From: Phoronis australis
Lineage: Eukaryota; Animalia; Phoronida
Length of the DNA stretch: 64,000 nucleotides
Reading direction: 5' to 3'
Assembly: GCA_002633005.1 (NCBI GenBank)
Contig: NMRA01000614.1
Location: 138,974-202,973, forward strand
Made by a program: the position numbers and the translations under genes. This document shows, in pieces, positions 11,940 through 23,918 of the stretch; positions within the stretch are counted from its first letter, which is position 1; each line of letters opens with the position of its first letter. The notes under the pieces are model-generated. The model was not told the origin of the DNA and made no database searches. It saw only the letters and a list, made by a program, of their open reading frames with translations.

Positions 11940-14900
11940 TCAGCATTCTCTCAAGCTAAGGTAGTAAGAATGAGAGGAGTCCTGTGCCTGGAAATGAGCT
12001 GATGAGCCTACGCTAACCATTTTTAGATGAACCGTCAGATGATTAATTTAAGAACGCCATCGCGCGAGCCATCAGCTTGAGATGAATAATGAATTAACAT
12101 CACACTCATCACAATGGATTATGTTGTACATTCTTATGACAATATGCTTGAGCATCTTCTGGAAATACAATACTTGAAGAGTCGTGTATGATAAAATTTC
12201 AACAAAAAGTAAGACCATCACATTCAACATGGAAGTTTTCATTTTCAAGGTAATATACCTGAGTTCAAAGTAACGGGGTCATTTGGTCATTTGAGTGCAC
12301 ATAAGTTCAGGGTAGGGATTTTTTTCTCCCTCAGGTCCTGCGCGGGCGTTGTCATTTTTTCGTTTCTTATAAAGACGATTGCAGTTCCTGGGGAAAGAAA
12401 TGTGTTGGCGAGAACAGAAGTGCACTGCATGGGAAGGATCTTGGGCTCATGCAAAAAGAATTATACAGATGAGAAATCGTCGTTAAAGGCCCAGTGGCCG
12501 AGTTTTGATAATTTCAGTCATCATAAAGAGGGAAAATGGGCCTTATAAATAAAATATTATTTGAAAATACTATTTAATGTAGTTTTAATCACTTTTACTG
12601 TGCACGATGAGGCCAGACTGCTAACACCAAATACAAGGAAAATCTCTACAACGAATTATTGGTTTAAATTATAATTCCGTGTGTGGATTTAAGGGGGGCA
12701 GGGCCTTTATTGCACAGCAGCGCGTAGGGACACTACGAAAGGAAGATCGTTTACCCTTAACTTGATGAGTGTTTTCCTTTCCCGGTTTAAATGCAATTTT
12801 TGTGTGATTAATGACGCCGTAAGATCATGACGTATGTGATGACGTAGTGACGTTGTGAATTCGGACACTCACGATACCAGAAATAAGGAGACATATTTTG
12901 CCCTCAGATGCAGTGTTTGTGTGGTGAACTTGTAAAGAATGCGGCATCTTACCTGACGACAAACAACAAGTAAGCAAGGGCAATGTTTCGCTGAGTGCAT
13001 ATTTATTGTATTTGAAACAATGCGAAACCAGTGTATTATTTTAAATCAATGGCAACCTCTGCCTTCTTTCAGTCTACGAAACCAAGGGGGATTGATAACT
13101 AGGAGAATAGAAAACTTTCATGTACGTATGTGAGGAATACTGGATGTGCCACTCAGACGCCCAATATTTCACAAACAGGTTTTCCCATTTAATTCCCTGA
13201 CAAAGGGATCACTTCATGTGTTTCGTTCTCCACAAGGTACCTATTTTTGAATCATTGTTCAACGGTGGATTTTATGTTCTATTAAAGTTTCTTGAGTTAA
13301 AAAGACTGGTGTTCAATCACTGTTATCTTTTTAAAAGGTGGGTATTTGTCGTACTGATTCTGTAAATTTGGTTATTCCCCGAGGATATTAGGCTAATTTC
13401 CAGAGCCACACTGTCGTCCCCTTAAAATAGCCGGCCAGGCTCATCCACCGTGGGCCTAACACCAGGTGGTTCATTTTCTCATACCTGTAGACTGTTACAA
13501 TGTGACTGATGTCTAGTAGAGGTATTGGCATTTCTTGGCAAGACAACAAAGCCCTGTTTCATCGATCCTGTGCGCTGGTCATATAGCCTCGTTATGTATT
13601 TGAGCGACACAGAGACCAATAATTTCTGATTCATGCGCACTGTGATGATATTGTTTTAGCTAGACCCATGCAAGAAAGCGGTCGCGAATGAGAGAAGCCA
13701 GATGACGTGTATTTCTTTGCTTGTAATGAACGAAAACAGTTCTCGCCACTTGGAACCAGGGCTCACGGGCAACGTGGATAAATTAACAATGCCTTCGCTC
13801 TATTGCTGCTGAATCGTGTTTCCGAAGTATTCAGCACATCTCTGACTGAACACTGTCCCAGGAGATTGCAGATTTTGACGACCATAAAACACGGAAGCCT
13901 GGGATAATATTTGTCGGCTGTCAGTCCCACGTCGAGTTCCTATAGCAGAGCGCTGTGTCGTCTGCTGTCTTCCTTTGCCGTGGTCTGCCGTTTGGTTCTA
14001 ATATTCGCAACCTGCCTTCGTAATGTTTATACTGCAAGCGACGTTTTGGACTTAGCGTATGGATTGAACTACATTTCTTTCGAACTCTAACGTATGATTA
14101 TCGAGCGGTCTTGGAGGTATGTTTTAACCTAAATCGAAACTATTTCTATTTTCGAAATTGTTTGACTGTGTAGTCATGGATCAGTTTCAATTTGTAATGA
14201 AAGTACGTATGATAGATCTGAGTGTAATATTATATGCCGGCATAATAGCAGCGAGCATGCTTCGCAGATGTCTCAAAAACAATGACAGGGCTGGCTATAA
14301 CGATCTAGTTGCTAATGTAATTGCAAATTTGATATAGGATTGAGAAAATAATTAGACGGATTCCCTGAAATAGACCCAGACGTACGCATTTGTGCGTGAA
14401 CCGTGATCTTGTTTATGAACTCATTTGCGATACAGGACTCGGTTTATGCAATTTTCGTTTAATGTTCGAGTTCGTTGGCCACTGTGACCAGTCGACTCTA
14501 GTTATTATCACTGCTCCCACCCTGATGGATGATGGAACGTCTGGATACTAAGTACAGGGATTTCGCAGTTCGCACCTCAACATTATTCCAACGATTGCCT
14601 CGCGTTGTTTGCATAATATGCCCCCCAAACAACTAGTGTGACTCAACAAAATGCCTGGGGGGCATGACAACAGTCTTGGTACGGAATGTTCTGCCAAAAA
14701 AACTGTGGATGGGTCCTTCAATCAACTCCGATCACTTTCATTTGATTAGGGTTGCCTTTCCAGGCTTTCTATTTCGTCTAGGTAGTTTTTTCTGTTCCAC
14801 CTAAAATATCCAATGGCTCAACATTGCTCAAACCATACTCGAAAGTTCAGAGACAATATAAGTACTCTCGGACTGTTTTACAGAGCAGATAACAGAACAC

Positions 14901-17900
14901 ATGTTTTCAAAGAGGTCACAAACATCTATTTCCAAAAAAAAAACAATCAGCACAGTTTGAATCGTAATTCGCATGGTCGGACATGTACTCGCGGCATCTC
15001 ATTAGCCTGGTCTACTCCTGTGGTATGTTAAAATCTAACCCTAGAACGTTTAGAAAAACCCGGTCTAAAATGCAGTTTGAGGCCTGCGAAACGTATTAAA
15101 TTAGATAAGAATGAGGAAGCTCGGTTCAGTATTTCTGACAATTTGGTGCGTTCGTATTTACTTCTGTTGCATGAAAGCTGATTCCAAAAGGCTCGAGGTT
15201 CGGAAGCTTTGATCACTGCACCAGAATATCTACACTGCCCCGTATGTATGAAAGACCATTTCCAATACGCTGGTACTTTTTACCCGAAGTTATACACGTG
15301 TGAAACAGGGGTCTGTTTTATGAAAAGTGACCTAAAACTTAAGTCGGGAATTTTGATTCACGCTCCACATAACTATTTCCGAAAAATAATGAAATCACAT
15401 TTTAGCAAAGTTGTCAAGTATTTGAGAATATACACATAACTAATAATTCTTGGGATAATTTTTTAAAATTATTTCTAGACTGCGATGCGCTTAAGCTAAA
15501 CGTTTATTCGGCAATTGTAAGTGGAAGCGGAAGACCAAGTCTTGAGTAACTTTTCATAGCACAGATCCTTGGCACCTGTTTCTCTAATATTCTATAGTCT
15601 CTTGTCTTTTGATTCAGGCCAAGGGTCAGACGTCTGTTTACAAATAGTCAAATGTTTGGCCAAAGCCAAAAGTTTGGCATTTGGCTTTGGCTTTTAGCCT
15701 TCTCCTGAGCAGGCTATGAATTTTTGTATTTCATATTCGACATTCGGCCTTGCCGTGATTTCGCGAAACAGGCTAAGCCCGTAGGTCGATTTTTTAGCCA
15801 AACATCACAAGGCTAAAGACTCACTAGACTTCGAGAAACACGCCCTTGGAGTCGATTTGACTGGTATCAGTACTCTGATTACGTGGTGACATGTCACAAG
15901 TTGAATAAGACGTTCATCGAATAGGCTGAAATGATGGCTGTTCTGATAGTTTTTCTGTTAAAACGCTCGTTCCTAATATTGTCGCCACAACGTGAGTGCT
16001 GAAATATGCGTGACAAGGCGTAAAGACTTGCGTGTTGAAAAGTCACGCAGCAACCTGCGTGCAAATACACTGAGAACCTAACAGTTTGTTGTGAGGTTTC
16101 CTAGTCAAACGAGTTGACGGAAAGTAATAAAAACTAGCTTTGTCTAGATTTTTGTTGGCTTCGATTTTTCAACGAGTTTGAAAAATGTAATTTCAAATAA
16201 TAATGTGGTTGGGAATATTTTAGTGTTTGACTGACCAACAGTTAAGAAAGTTTTAGAATTTCATATTTTCTTGTCATCACGTGTGTGACTCCAGTCCAGA
16301 AATTTTCATCGGCGACAAATTTATCAGGCAATTGAAAACCCTAGTACAGCTACAAGTATCGCAAAATAATTTTTCATCTTAAGAAACATTACTGCGTTAA
16401 ACGTATCACTACGCAAAATCAACATCGAAAGAGACACGCTAGAATTCGATTTCCAATTGAAACTTGTCAAACGTGACTCCCATCAGCTGTTGCCCGAAGA
16501 CTGACAAAATTGTTTAAAAATTATTCTAGATCCAGCCGTGGGTAACATAATTATGTTCCTCTTGGTAATTGTCCTCAATTTCTACGTTTACGATGCATAT
16601 AATATGAATATTATCTCAATAATTAAAACATATGACGTCATATCTCTTATAATTACTTTGCTTATTGAAAGCTGCAATATTCACTTTTTTCTTTGGTGTT
16701 TTTTTTCAGTCACATTTGGTTCTGCTTGCCACTTTTTAGTGTGTGTAGGTAACACCGCCTGTAGGTTTGCAGCATTGAGCATCTTAAGTCGTCTAATTCA
16801 CGTACAATCCACTAAGCAATGTTACCACAGGTTGTTTCCATTTAGCACTGTGTGTTGTTGCTCAAAACATCGCGCACCGACCTCCTTAATTGCGTATTCG
16901 CTGTCGGAATTGAATTTTATTCCTAATACATTAAATATGTTCCTCAAGTAATACTAATTAGACTGAACCAGCTGATTTCTAGGAATTGTGCCTATTTCAG
17001 TTGTTGAGTGATCGTACTTGCTAGTCTTAAAGAGTAGCCTTCATTACTCACAAATGCTGGTATTATATCTGCGCATGCTCTTGGTTTGGCGAATTTAAGG
17101 TGACGACCAAACCGCAATAGCATTGCTTCGTTGTTCTAATGAAAATTTTAGAGTTTGTGTTGGAAGGAGGACCACCAAGACCTTTGCCGCCAACCTCTAT
17201 CCGAGACTCGACTTGAAATATGCCATAACTTCGCGTGAAACTGCCGTTGGACAATTTACTCGAAGCGTGCCACGCTACTGAGAGTCTTGAGTCGTTTTCT
17301 TGCAATACGTCGCTTTGCAGCTACCTGCGAGAAAATAAGTCTCTGTAGATACGTAACCAGATTCAAAAGTTATAAAATCTACAAAATAACCAATTGAAAA
17401 GCTGAAATAACTGTTTTAGATAACCGGGGATTTGTACCTTTAAACTTAAAAACGTTGCTTTCAAACTCTGCCCGTGATAAGAAGTCGACGTGTCCATGAC
17501 GTAAAACTGATGTTGTTCTTGTTGTCAGCTGTACAATTTTCATATGTAACGTCGCCGTGGGACATCCGACGAACATCCATTTAAAGTCAAAATTGATTTG
17601 ACAACTCACAGACTCGTCTTATATCAAAAGGTAGTCATATTTTGAACGTAGAACAATGGCCACACGACGTATTGTGCCTTCATTTTTGTATTCTATAAAC
17701 AATTTTCCGAGAATAGAAAAGTAGTCGGATGAAATAAGTTAACTTGTCAATATTACGAACCAAGTATTTCTGCAACGCAGACGATGTGTATTTGTTCAAT
17801 TGGTATCACTGACTTATTAAGGCAATGCGTTGGGGGTAATTTTTCAAATATTGTATAAATTGTGTAAGTAAACTTGTTTCACACATGTCGCTATACAAAA

Positions 17901-20589
17901 TAAATGCATTCATATTCTTTTATTTTGACGAGCCTGGCGTTTACTTGGTCCATATCAGAAACAGCATATGTGAATACTGGGACAGATACTACCCAGTTTA
18001 TTTGTGGGACGATGTTTGCTTATCGTTTTTGTGAAACTGGGGAAACTTATGTTCCTTCAACTGTCGATTGACATTTAACCGTTTAGGTTTTCGTAAGCTT
18101 CTTCACCGGCTGAATGCTTCATTGTTTCGTACCAACATCCAGTCCATAGAAATGATTTTGTCGCTCATAAGGCTTACGTTTTCCGAATAGTGAATGATTT
18201 TGTGGTGAAGCTTGCGATTTCGGATTAACCAAATTGGTACCTCCTCAAAATAAAATTCTGTCCGTCTTTACTATAGTATAAAGACTATCTCACGAAGACA
18301 CTGTACACTCTGTCATATTGTAAGCACAGTACAACTTGCAATTGCAACATTGTAAGCATAGTTCCTCTTGCAATTGTACCGACGGACACCTGTGCATATT
18401 GACAACCTTAGCTGGGCAGAGCACTAAACACTACGTTATTGATCCCATTTAAGACTTGTTTTCCGTGTTCTTTTACATCAGAACCTACTTGAAACAATTA
18501 TGACATAACACAAATTATCGACCTGCTATCGCTCTTACTAATGAAGCTAAAAGTATACCTGTAAAGTTTTTAATTGGACACTAAATTGACTACATTACTA
18601 CATCTCCCCCAGGCTGCTCTGGTTACTCTAATGATCTGTATTTACTAATTGAAACTAGACCCATCAATGAAGATATTCCGTGTGCCAATTGAAGTGGTAG
18701 ATATATAAGTGACACCGCGTTTCGGATCATATCCTATATTTTCTCGTTAGATTATTATTCGTGCGCTACCATAATCAGTCTAATTACCGATATTTATGAT
18801 CCGCATAGCTTCTGCTTGAAATAGCAAGTGTATTCGCTATTTGAGAAAGTGCGTAGCAATACAGGTATTTCCAATACATTGTAACTATATTATATTATTG
18901 AAATTCTTAATGAATGTATGAAATAATCCAGTCTGTTTGGCCACGCTAGCTTTTGTTCATTTGCTTACTGTTGCTGGTACGTTCATTCCGAGTACAGTTT
19001 GATTATAAATTAGGAAATCTGTCGAAGCGTCTATATAAACCTGCCTTCTCTTCAAACATTAGCTGGGCCTCTTGCCGTTATGAGATTTGTCTTAAATTGT
19101 TCATTAAGCAAATTAAAGGAAATTTCTGAAAAGAACTGACACTTCATTTATCATTGGTTAGTCCAGGCTCTGCAATTTGGCAGACTTCTTCCAAACCCTG
19201 AAACCTTGTGACTTCTTGAACTGTGTGTACAAGTAAATCGTAATCAGGAAAAGAAACAATTTGTAAATAAAATGAGGCTTTAGAGAAAACACTACAACTG
19301 AGACACTGGAAAACAAGGGTGAATATATAGGAAACCATAGTAATTCCAAATATTACGCAATATTGTTTGATAGTGAAATGACTAAATAATAAAAACTGTG
19401 CCTTGTTTTATTAGGGTAACGATGACATATTGCCATACTCATTTACATAAAAATAGTCTCGCAAAACGAGACTTTCGCGAGATTGTAATGGTAACTGGTT
19501 TTCGGTTGGTTTCCGGCACACCGGAAGCTCGGGGTTGTTTGTAAACTAGTACTTCATTTGCATATTCACAATTTAGTGAGACGAAGCATCTTTAACTGTG
19601 ATCCAAACCAAAGGTTGGTTTCTCTGACTGGTCGCAGATTTGTAGTCGCGTTTACTGATAAGTGACGTTTTATTAACCAAGTTATTTTTGAAGGAAAGTT
19701 GGAAAAGCGGTAAGTTTAATTCACGATGATAAGATATAGTGCATCTGTCAAGGATAAAATGCAAGGAGTCGAGTGCAGATCACATTAGTTTGGAAATTGT
19801 AACCACTGTGGTAAATAAACATGACTCGGCTTTCTATGCTTGTGCCTCGCCATCATCTTCACCTTTGAAAATATTGCCAAAAGGTTTACATTGGCGGATC
19901 TAGGATAACACGAGGGGGCAATCACGATATCCAAACGACTGACGTTCGTAAATAGCCCTAAAACAATCTGCCATCGTTTCCTTTAATTGTTATTCGTGAT
20001 TATTTGTTTTGGATCATGCCGGTCCAACATCCATCCCCGGCCACTTACGGCTATGATTCTGTTTTAGGCCAAAAACAAAATCGTCATGCTGAGAGTTCTT
20101 CGGGATTTGAGCAACAAAACCCCCAAAGGCACGGATGAGACTAATCAACGCAACTCCAGGCCGAGCCAGGATATGGTGCGTATGTTTAACATTGTACATC
20201 GATCATTCTTGACACTTTTCGTAACATCTTTCATGTATGGTATAGGCTAGACAATTTCCTCCTAGGCGGAGCGCGTGATCCCTTCCCATTAACAGTCCCC
20301 TTCCATCATAAACTCAATTCTTGTCTCACGAGTTGTTTTTCGTTTCTTGTGCACCGCAGTTCCATAGTGATCCATAGATCACAGTTGCTGTTCTCATGTA
20401 CCGATAGAGATCGTCATCAAAGTATTCTCATCTTCTGTCAGGGAGTGAAGGGAAGTGATGTTAATGAGAATGTATGAAAACAATTCATGCGAGAGCGACT
20501 CTTGACGAAATTGAATGCGACCGTCACAGCTCCATTTAGACTAATTTCAACTGATAGGCATCGAATTATTGACGTGACGTGTTGTACTG

Positions 20590-21110
20590 TGGCGGAACAC
20601 CAAAGCCAAAAACAAAAGCAACTAAAAACCAGAATTTATCACACCAGAACGTATAATATATTACGTCAGGACCAAAATTTAGCTCGTCAGGACCGAAAAT
20701 TAAACAGTACGACAGGACCTAAAATTCATCACGTCAGGACAATATGTTCGTGTCAGATCACTATAGTGACGTCTAACGTATTAATAAGTGTACATTGGCT
20801 TCTGTTTTAAAGTGTGGAGGCATCAGAAATTCAACCTCGTTGTCGTCGGTGAGACATTGTTGAACGCTTAGCCCTTGTGTACCAAGAACCGACGTCATCA
20901 CTTTGAGGGTTTGCATTCTTGTGGATGGTCATGTGGTGTGACAAAACATTTTCGGGCGTGATAAATTTTCAATCCTGACGTGTTAAATTTTCGGCGGTCC
21001 TGGCGTGTTCAATTTTGGTCCTGGCGTGTTAAATTTTGGTCCCAGACGAGATAAATTATAGGTCCTGACGTGATAAATTATAGGTCTTGAGTTTTGTTGG
21101 TCTTCCACGG
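20590..21110. mobile_element. Foldback-type element with inverted arrays of a ~21-bp subrepeat
   Basis: Left arm repeats CGTCAGGACCAAAATTTA (20640-20740); right arm repeats the reverse complement AATTTTGGTCCTGGCG/GGTCCTGACG (20965-21085). Confidence 0.65.
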
Positions 21111-22171
21111 TGAAAATAACGTTTTGGTCTGTTTTTAAATCTTGCATAAAAAATTTGTGTCATAGAATTTTCCGCTTTGGCTTTCCATGTTGTTCATGCG
21201 TGTAAATTCAATGTCAATTGGACATGAAATACTGTCCAAGAGGACTGTAGCAAGCTTTAAATATTTGGAAGTGTCGGACGGCAAATGAATGGAAAATGAA
21301 AAAGGCGACTGCGACGACGGTGAGGCTTCTTCCAACTTCAAAGTTTCACGAGACCTGGAAACTGTTCACGTCAGAGCCTATCCGCACTTTTCTTGCATTA
21401 AAACGGATAACTGATAGTCTGTAATGAGATCTCCTTGCAGTACCTCAGGGAGGACGGTTGACTAGCTTGCAGTGTATTTCAAAATGTAACACGTCCTACT
21501 TATTGTAAACGTAGCGCTTGTTTAAAAGCGAAATCATGTTTTACTAAACCTGCCTGAACTGGCATCCGTACTTGTAAGCCTGACAATAGTCGCGTTCCTT
21601 TACAGGGCGTAATCGCTAGAGACTCTGGGTTATCCTTTTTATGCGGAGGATAATACGAAGATTCTGACGTAAACACAGCAAACTTCGCGGCATTTTTACA
21701 GTAGCGGGGCGAACGCCTCATCACATATCTAGGCTTAGCCACTAAGATATCTGTTTACGTCAGAGCCTATATCGCGCGTTTTCTCAGCATCAAAGAAGAT
21801 AGCTGGAAGTCTGTACTACATAAAAAGTATACCTTACCCGAATTTTTACTGTTATTGGATATGTCGATTTAGCACTTGATATGTAGACTATTGCCAATCT
21901 TCAAAATCTGATTCACTTTCGTCAATTCCTTTCAAAATCTTATCAATCTGAAAATGTGATTAACGCTTTTGGCGAGTTGATAGGCGACACTGGGGAAAGG
22001 CCATGCGTCTCCATTTTATGACACAGTAAGAACAGAGTTATAGTCGAAAAATGCTTTCGTCTTTCCAGTGACGTGCAAGTTGTTATACCACAATATTAGC
22101 CTCGAATGGTACATACAACCGTGTAATAACCCATTTAGTTATCTCAGTAGTGAGATAATATTTGGCGGGAA

Positions 22172-22239
22172 ACCGAGGCAGGTTTCGAACCCGGCCTCAA
22201 GAGTTGCGAGTCGCCGAATTTAGCACTACACCACTCAGC
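22172..22239 (-). mobile_element. tRNA-derived sequence (SINE head or pseudo-tRNA)
   Basis: Minus strand GCTGAG-TGGTGTAGTG (A box)...CCGGGTTCGAAACCTG (T arm/B box)-CCTCGGT; acceptor-like ends pair, but D and anticodon arms are poor. Confidence 0.55.
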
Positions 22240-22812
22240 GGCTGACGTCTTCGAACGTGAAAATAGAATACTTAAATGTGCACGCGCAACAATCACATGT
22301 TCAGCAAAGGGCATTGTACCGACATTTATACGCTATGAAAAATAAGACGCATAATTTCCATAAAAACATTTTTTTTAATTCAGTGAAATTTTTCTTTCGT
22401 GTTCTCTCACTTGTAAATCACCGATCTCCAATTTGAATGAGGGTATCTTGTCGTCGGGATCTTTTGACTTGAGCATTATACTCAGTTACTTGTGGTAACC
22501 TACTTTAGCAGACGGTATTTTCCCGGTCGAAGCTTAGCGTGATAAAATGTGTAGTAAGCAAGCTATAATAGTTTCTAAACCTTAATTTATAGATTCATTT
22601 TATTTCTGTTTTGTTTAAATTTTAATTGGTTCTTAGTAAAAGCATTATTTGACAAAAATAGCTCGGTTTTTCTTAAAAGGTCACGACCTCCGACCCCTGG
22701 CCTCTGACATAGAAAGTAGTTACAAAGCCGAGGCGAGTCGAGAAAAGTAGATCGATTCATTACAATGTTTCTAGTTCAGTATGTGCTATAAATAGATTAT
22801 TACATGTTCTCA

Positions 22813-22935
22813 GTTGTTATCCCCCTTATCTAAAGCCCTCGTGGGTTTTGTAGAATTATCACCCTCTGGGTTAACGCCCCTCGGGCGATAGTTCTCCAAA
22901 ATCCACTCGGGCTCTAGATAACGGGGGATAACGAC
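22813..22935. repeat. ~58-bp-arm imperfect hairpin, probably the end of a non-autonomous element
   Basis: GTTGTTATCCCCCTTATCTAAAGCCCTCGTGGGTTTTGTAGAATTATCACCC pairs with GGGCGATAGTTCTCCAAAATCCACTCGGGCTCTAGATAACGGGGGATAACGAC. Confidence 0.8.
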
Positions 22936-23441
22936 CTCGCCGTGTAATAATCTATATTTATACAATAGTAGGTGTCGGAAGTAGTTTTGGGTAAAATCAT
23001 CAAAACATTGTTGAGTTTAGTTTGTTTTAAGTTATGGTCTAGGCAAAACAAATTGAGCGCCCTTTCGGTTTTAGCAAGTGCAATCCAGTTCGTTTCAAAG
23101 GAGCTTTGGCACACAATTCAATTGTGTGTGTAAAATGTCAGTCCACTAGCAGTCTTCATTACCTATGAGTATGGATACTTTTAGGAGCGCGCCTCGCGTC
23201 ATAAGCGAAAAATCGACGTACTGCGATTGCTTAGCTTGGACCAACCGTCTCATTAATATTGAAAGTGAAAATGGACAAAAAACTGACATTGACCATAGGA
23301 CCTCCAACTTGGCTCATACAGTTGAGGCCATGGGTCACTTCAACCATACCCGTGTTTTTCTAAAATGATCCGTATGAGTGTAAATTTTAGGTAGAAAAAA
23401 GTAATCGAAACATTTATAATACCGCATTTTGCTTATTCTAG

Positions 23442-23918
23442 TCCATCCAAAGTGAGCCTAAAGACGACGAGGCAAGCGTGGAAGGAACCGTGGAGCCGGA
23501 TATACGCCCACAAAGACAAGTGCCCAAGTTCATCATACTCCATTATTCGCCGTTTAAGGCTGTTTGGGACTGGATTATTTTGCTCCTCGTTCTCTACACC
23601 GCTGTTTTCACCCCATACATGGCGGCATTTTTACTAAACGAAGACGAAACACGGATGAAATTGAACATGGACGCCGCAACGAGGCTAAGAAATTCCGAGT
23701 CTGTGAAAGCCGACCCACTCGTTCTGGTTGACCTGGTGGTTGACGTGATGTTCATCGTGGATATCTTGATAAATTTTCGAACTACTTATGTTAAAGACGG
23801 AGAAGTCATCACAGATCCTTTAATGATAGCTAAAAATTATCTAAAAGGCTGGTTCCTTATCGATACCTTGGCGGCTGTGCCGTTTGACTTACTATTGTTC
23901 GGATCTGGGACAAGTGAC
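23442..23918 (+). CDS. KCNH2-like (Erg): Erg channel exon (S1-S3)
   Basis: ttctag|TCCATC ... AGTGAC|gtaagt; [28 protein letters not shown]...[20 protein letters not shown]. Confidence 0.93.

Noticed and set aside
12908-12969. Upstream Erg exon (and similar strong donors at ~3993, ~7806, ~14118)
   Set aside because: Splice-like signals only, with no similarity to KCNH N-termini; cannot be supported without transcripts.
22172-22239. Functional tRNA gene
   Set aside because: D arm and anticodon stem do not pair properly; treated as a tRNA-derived repeat.
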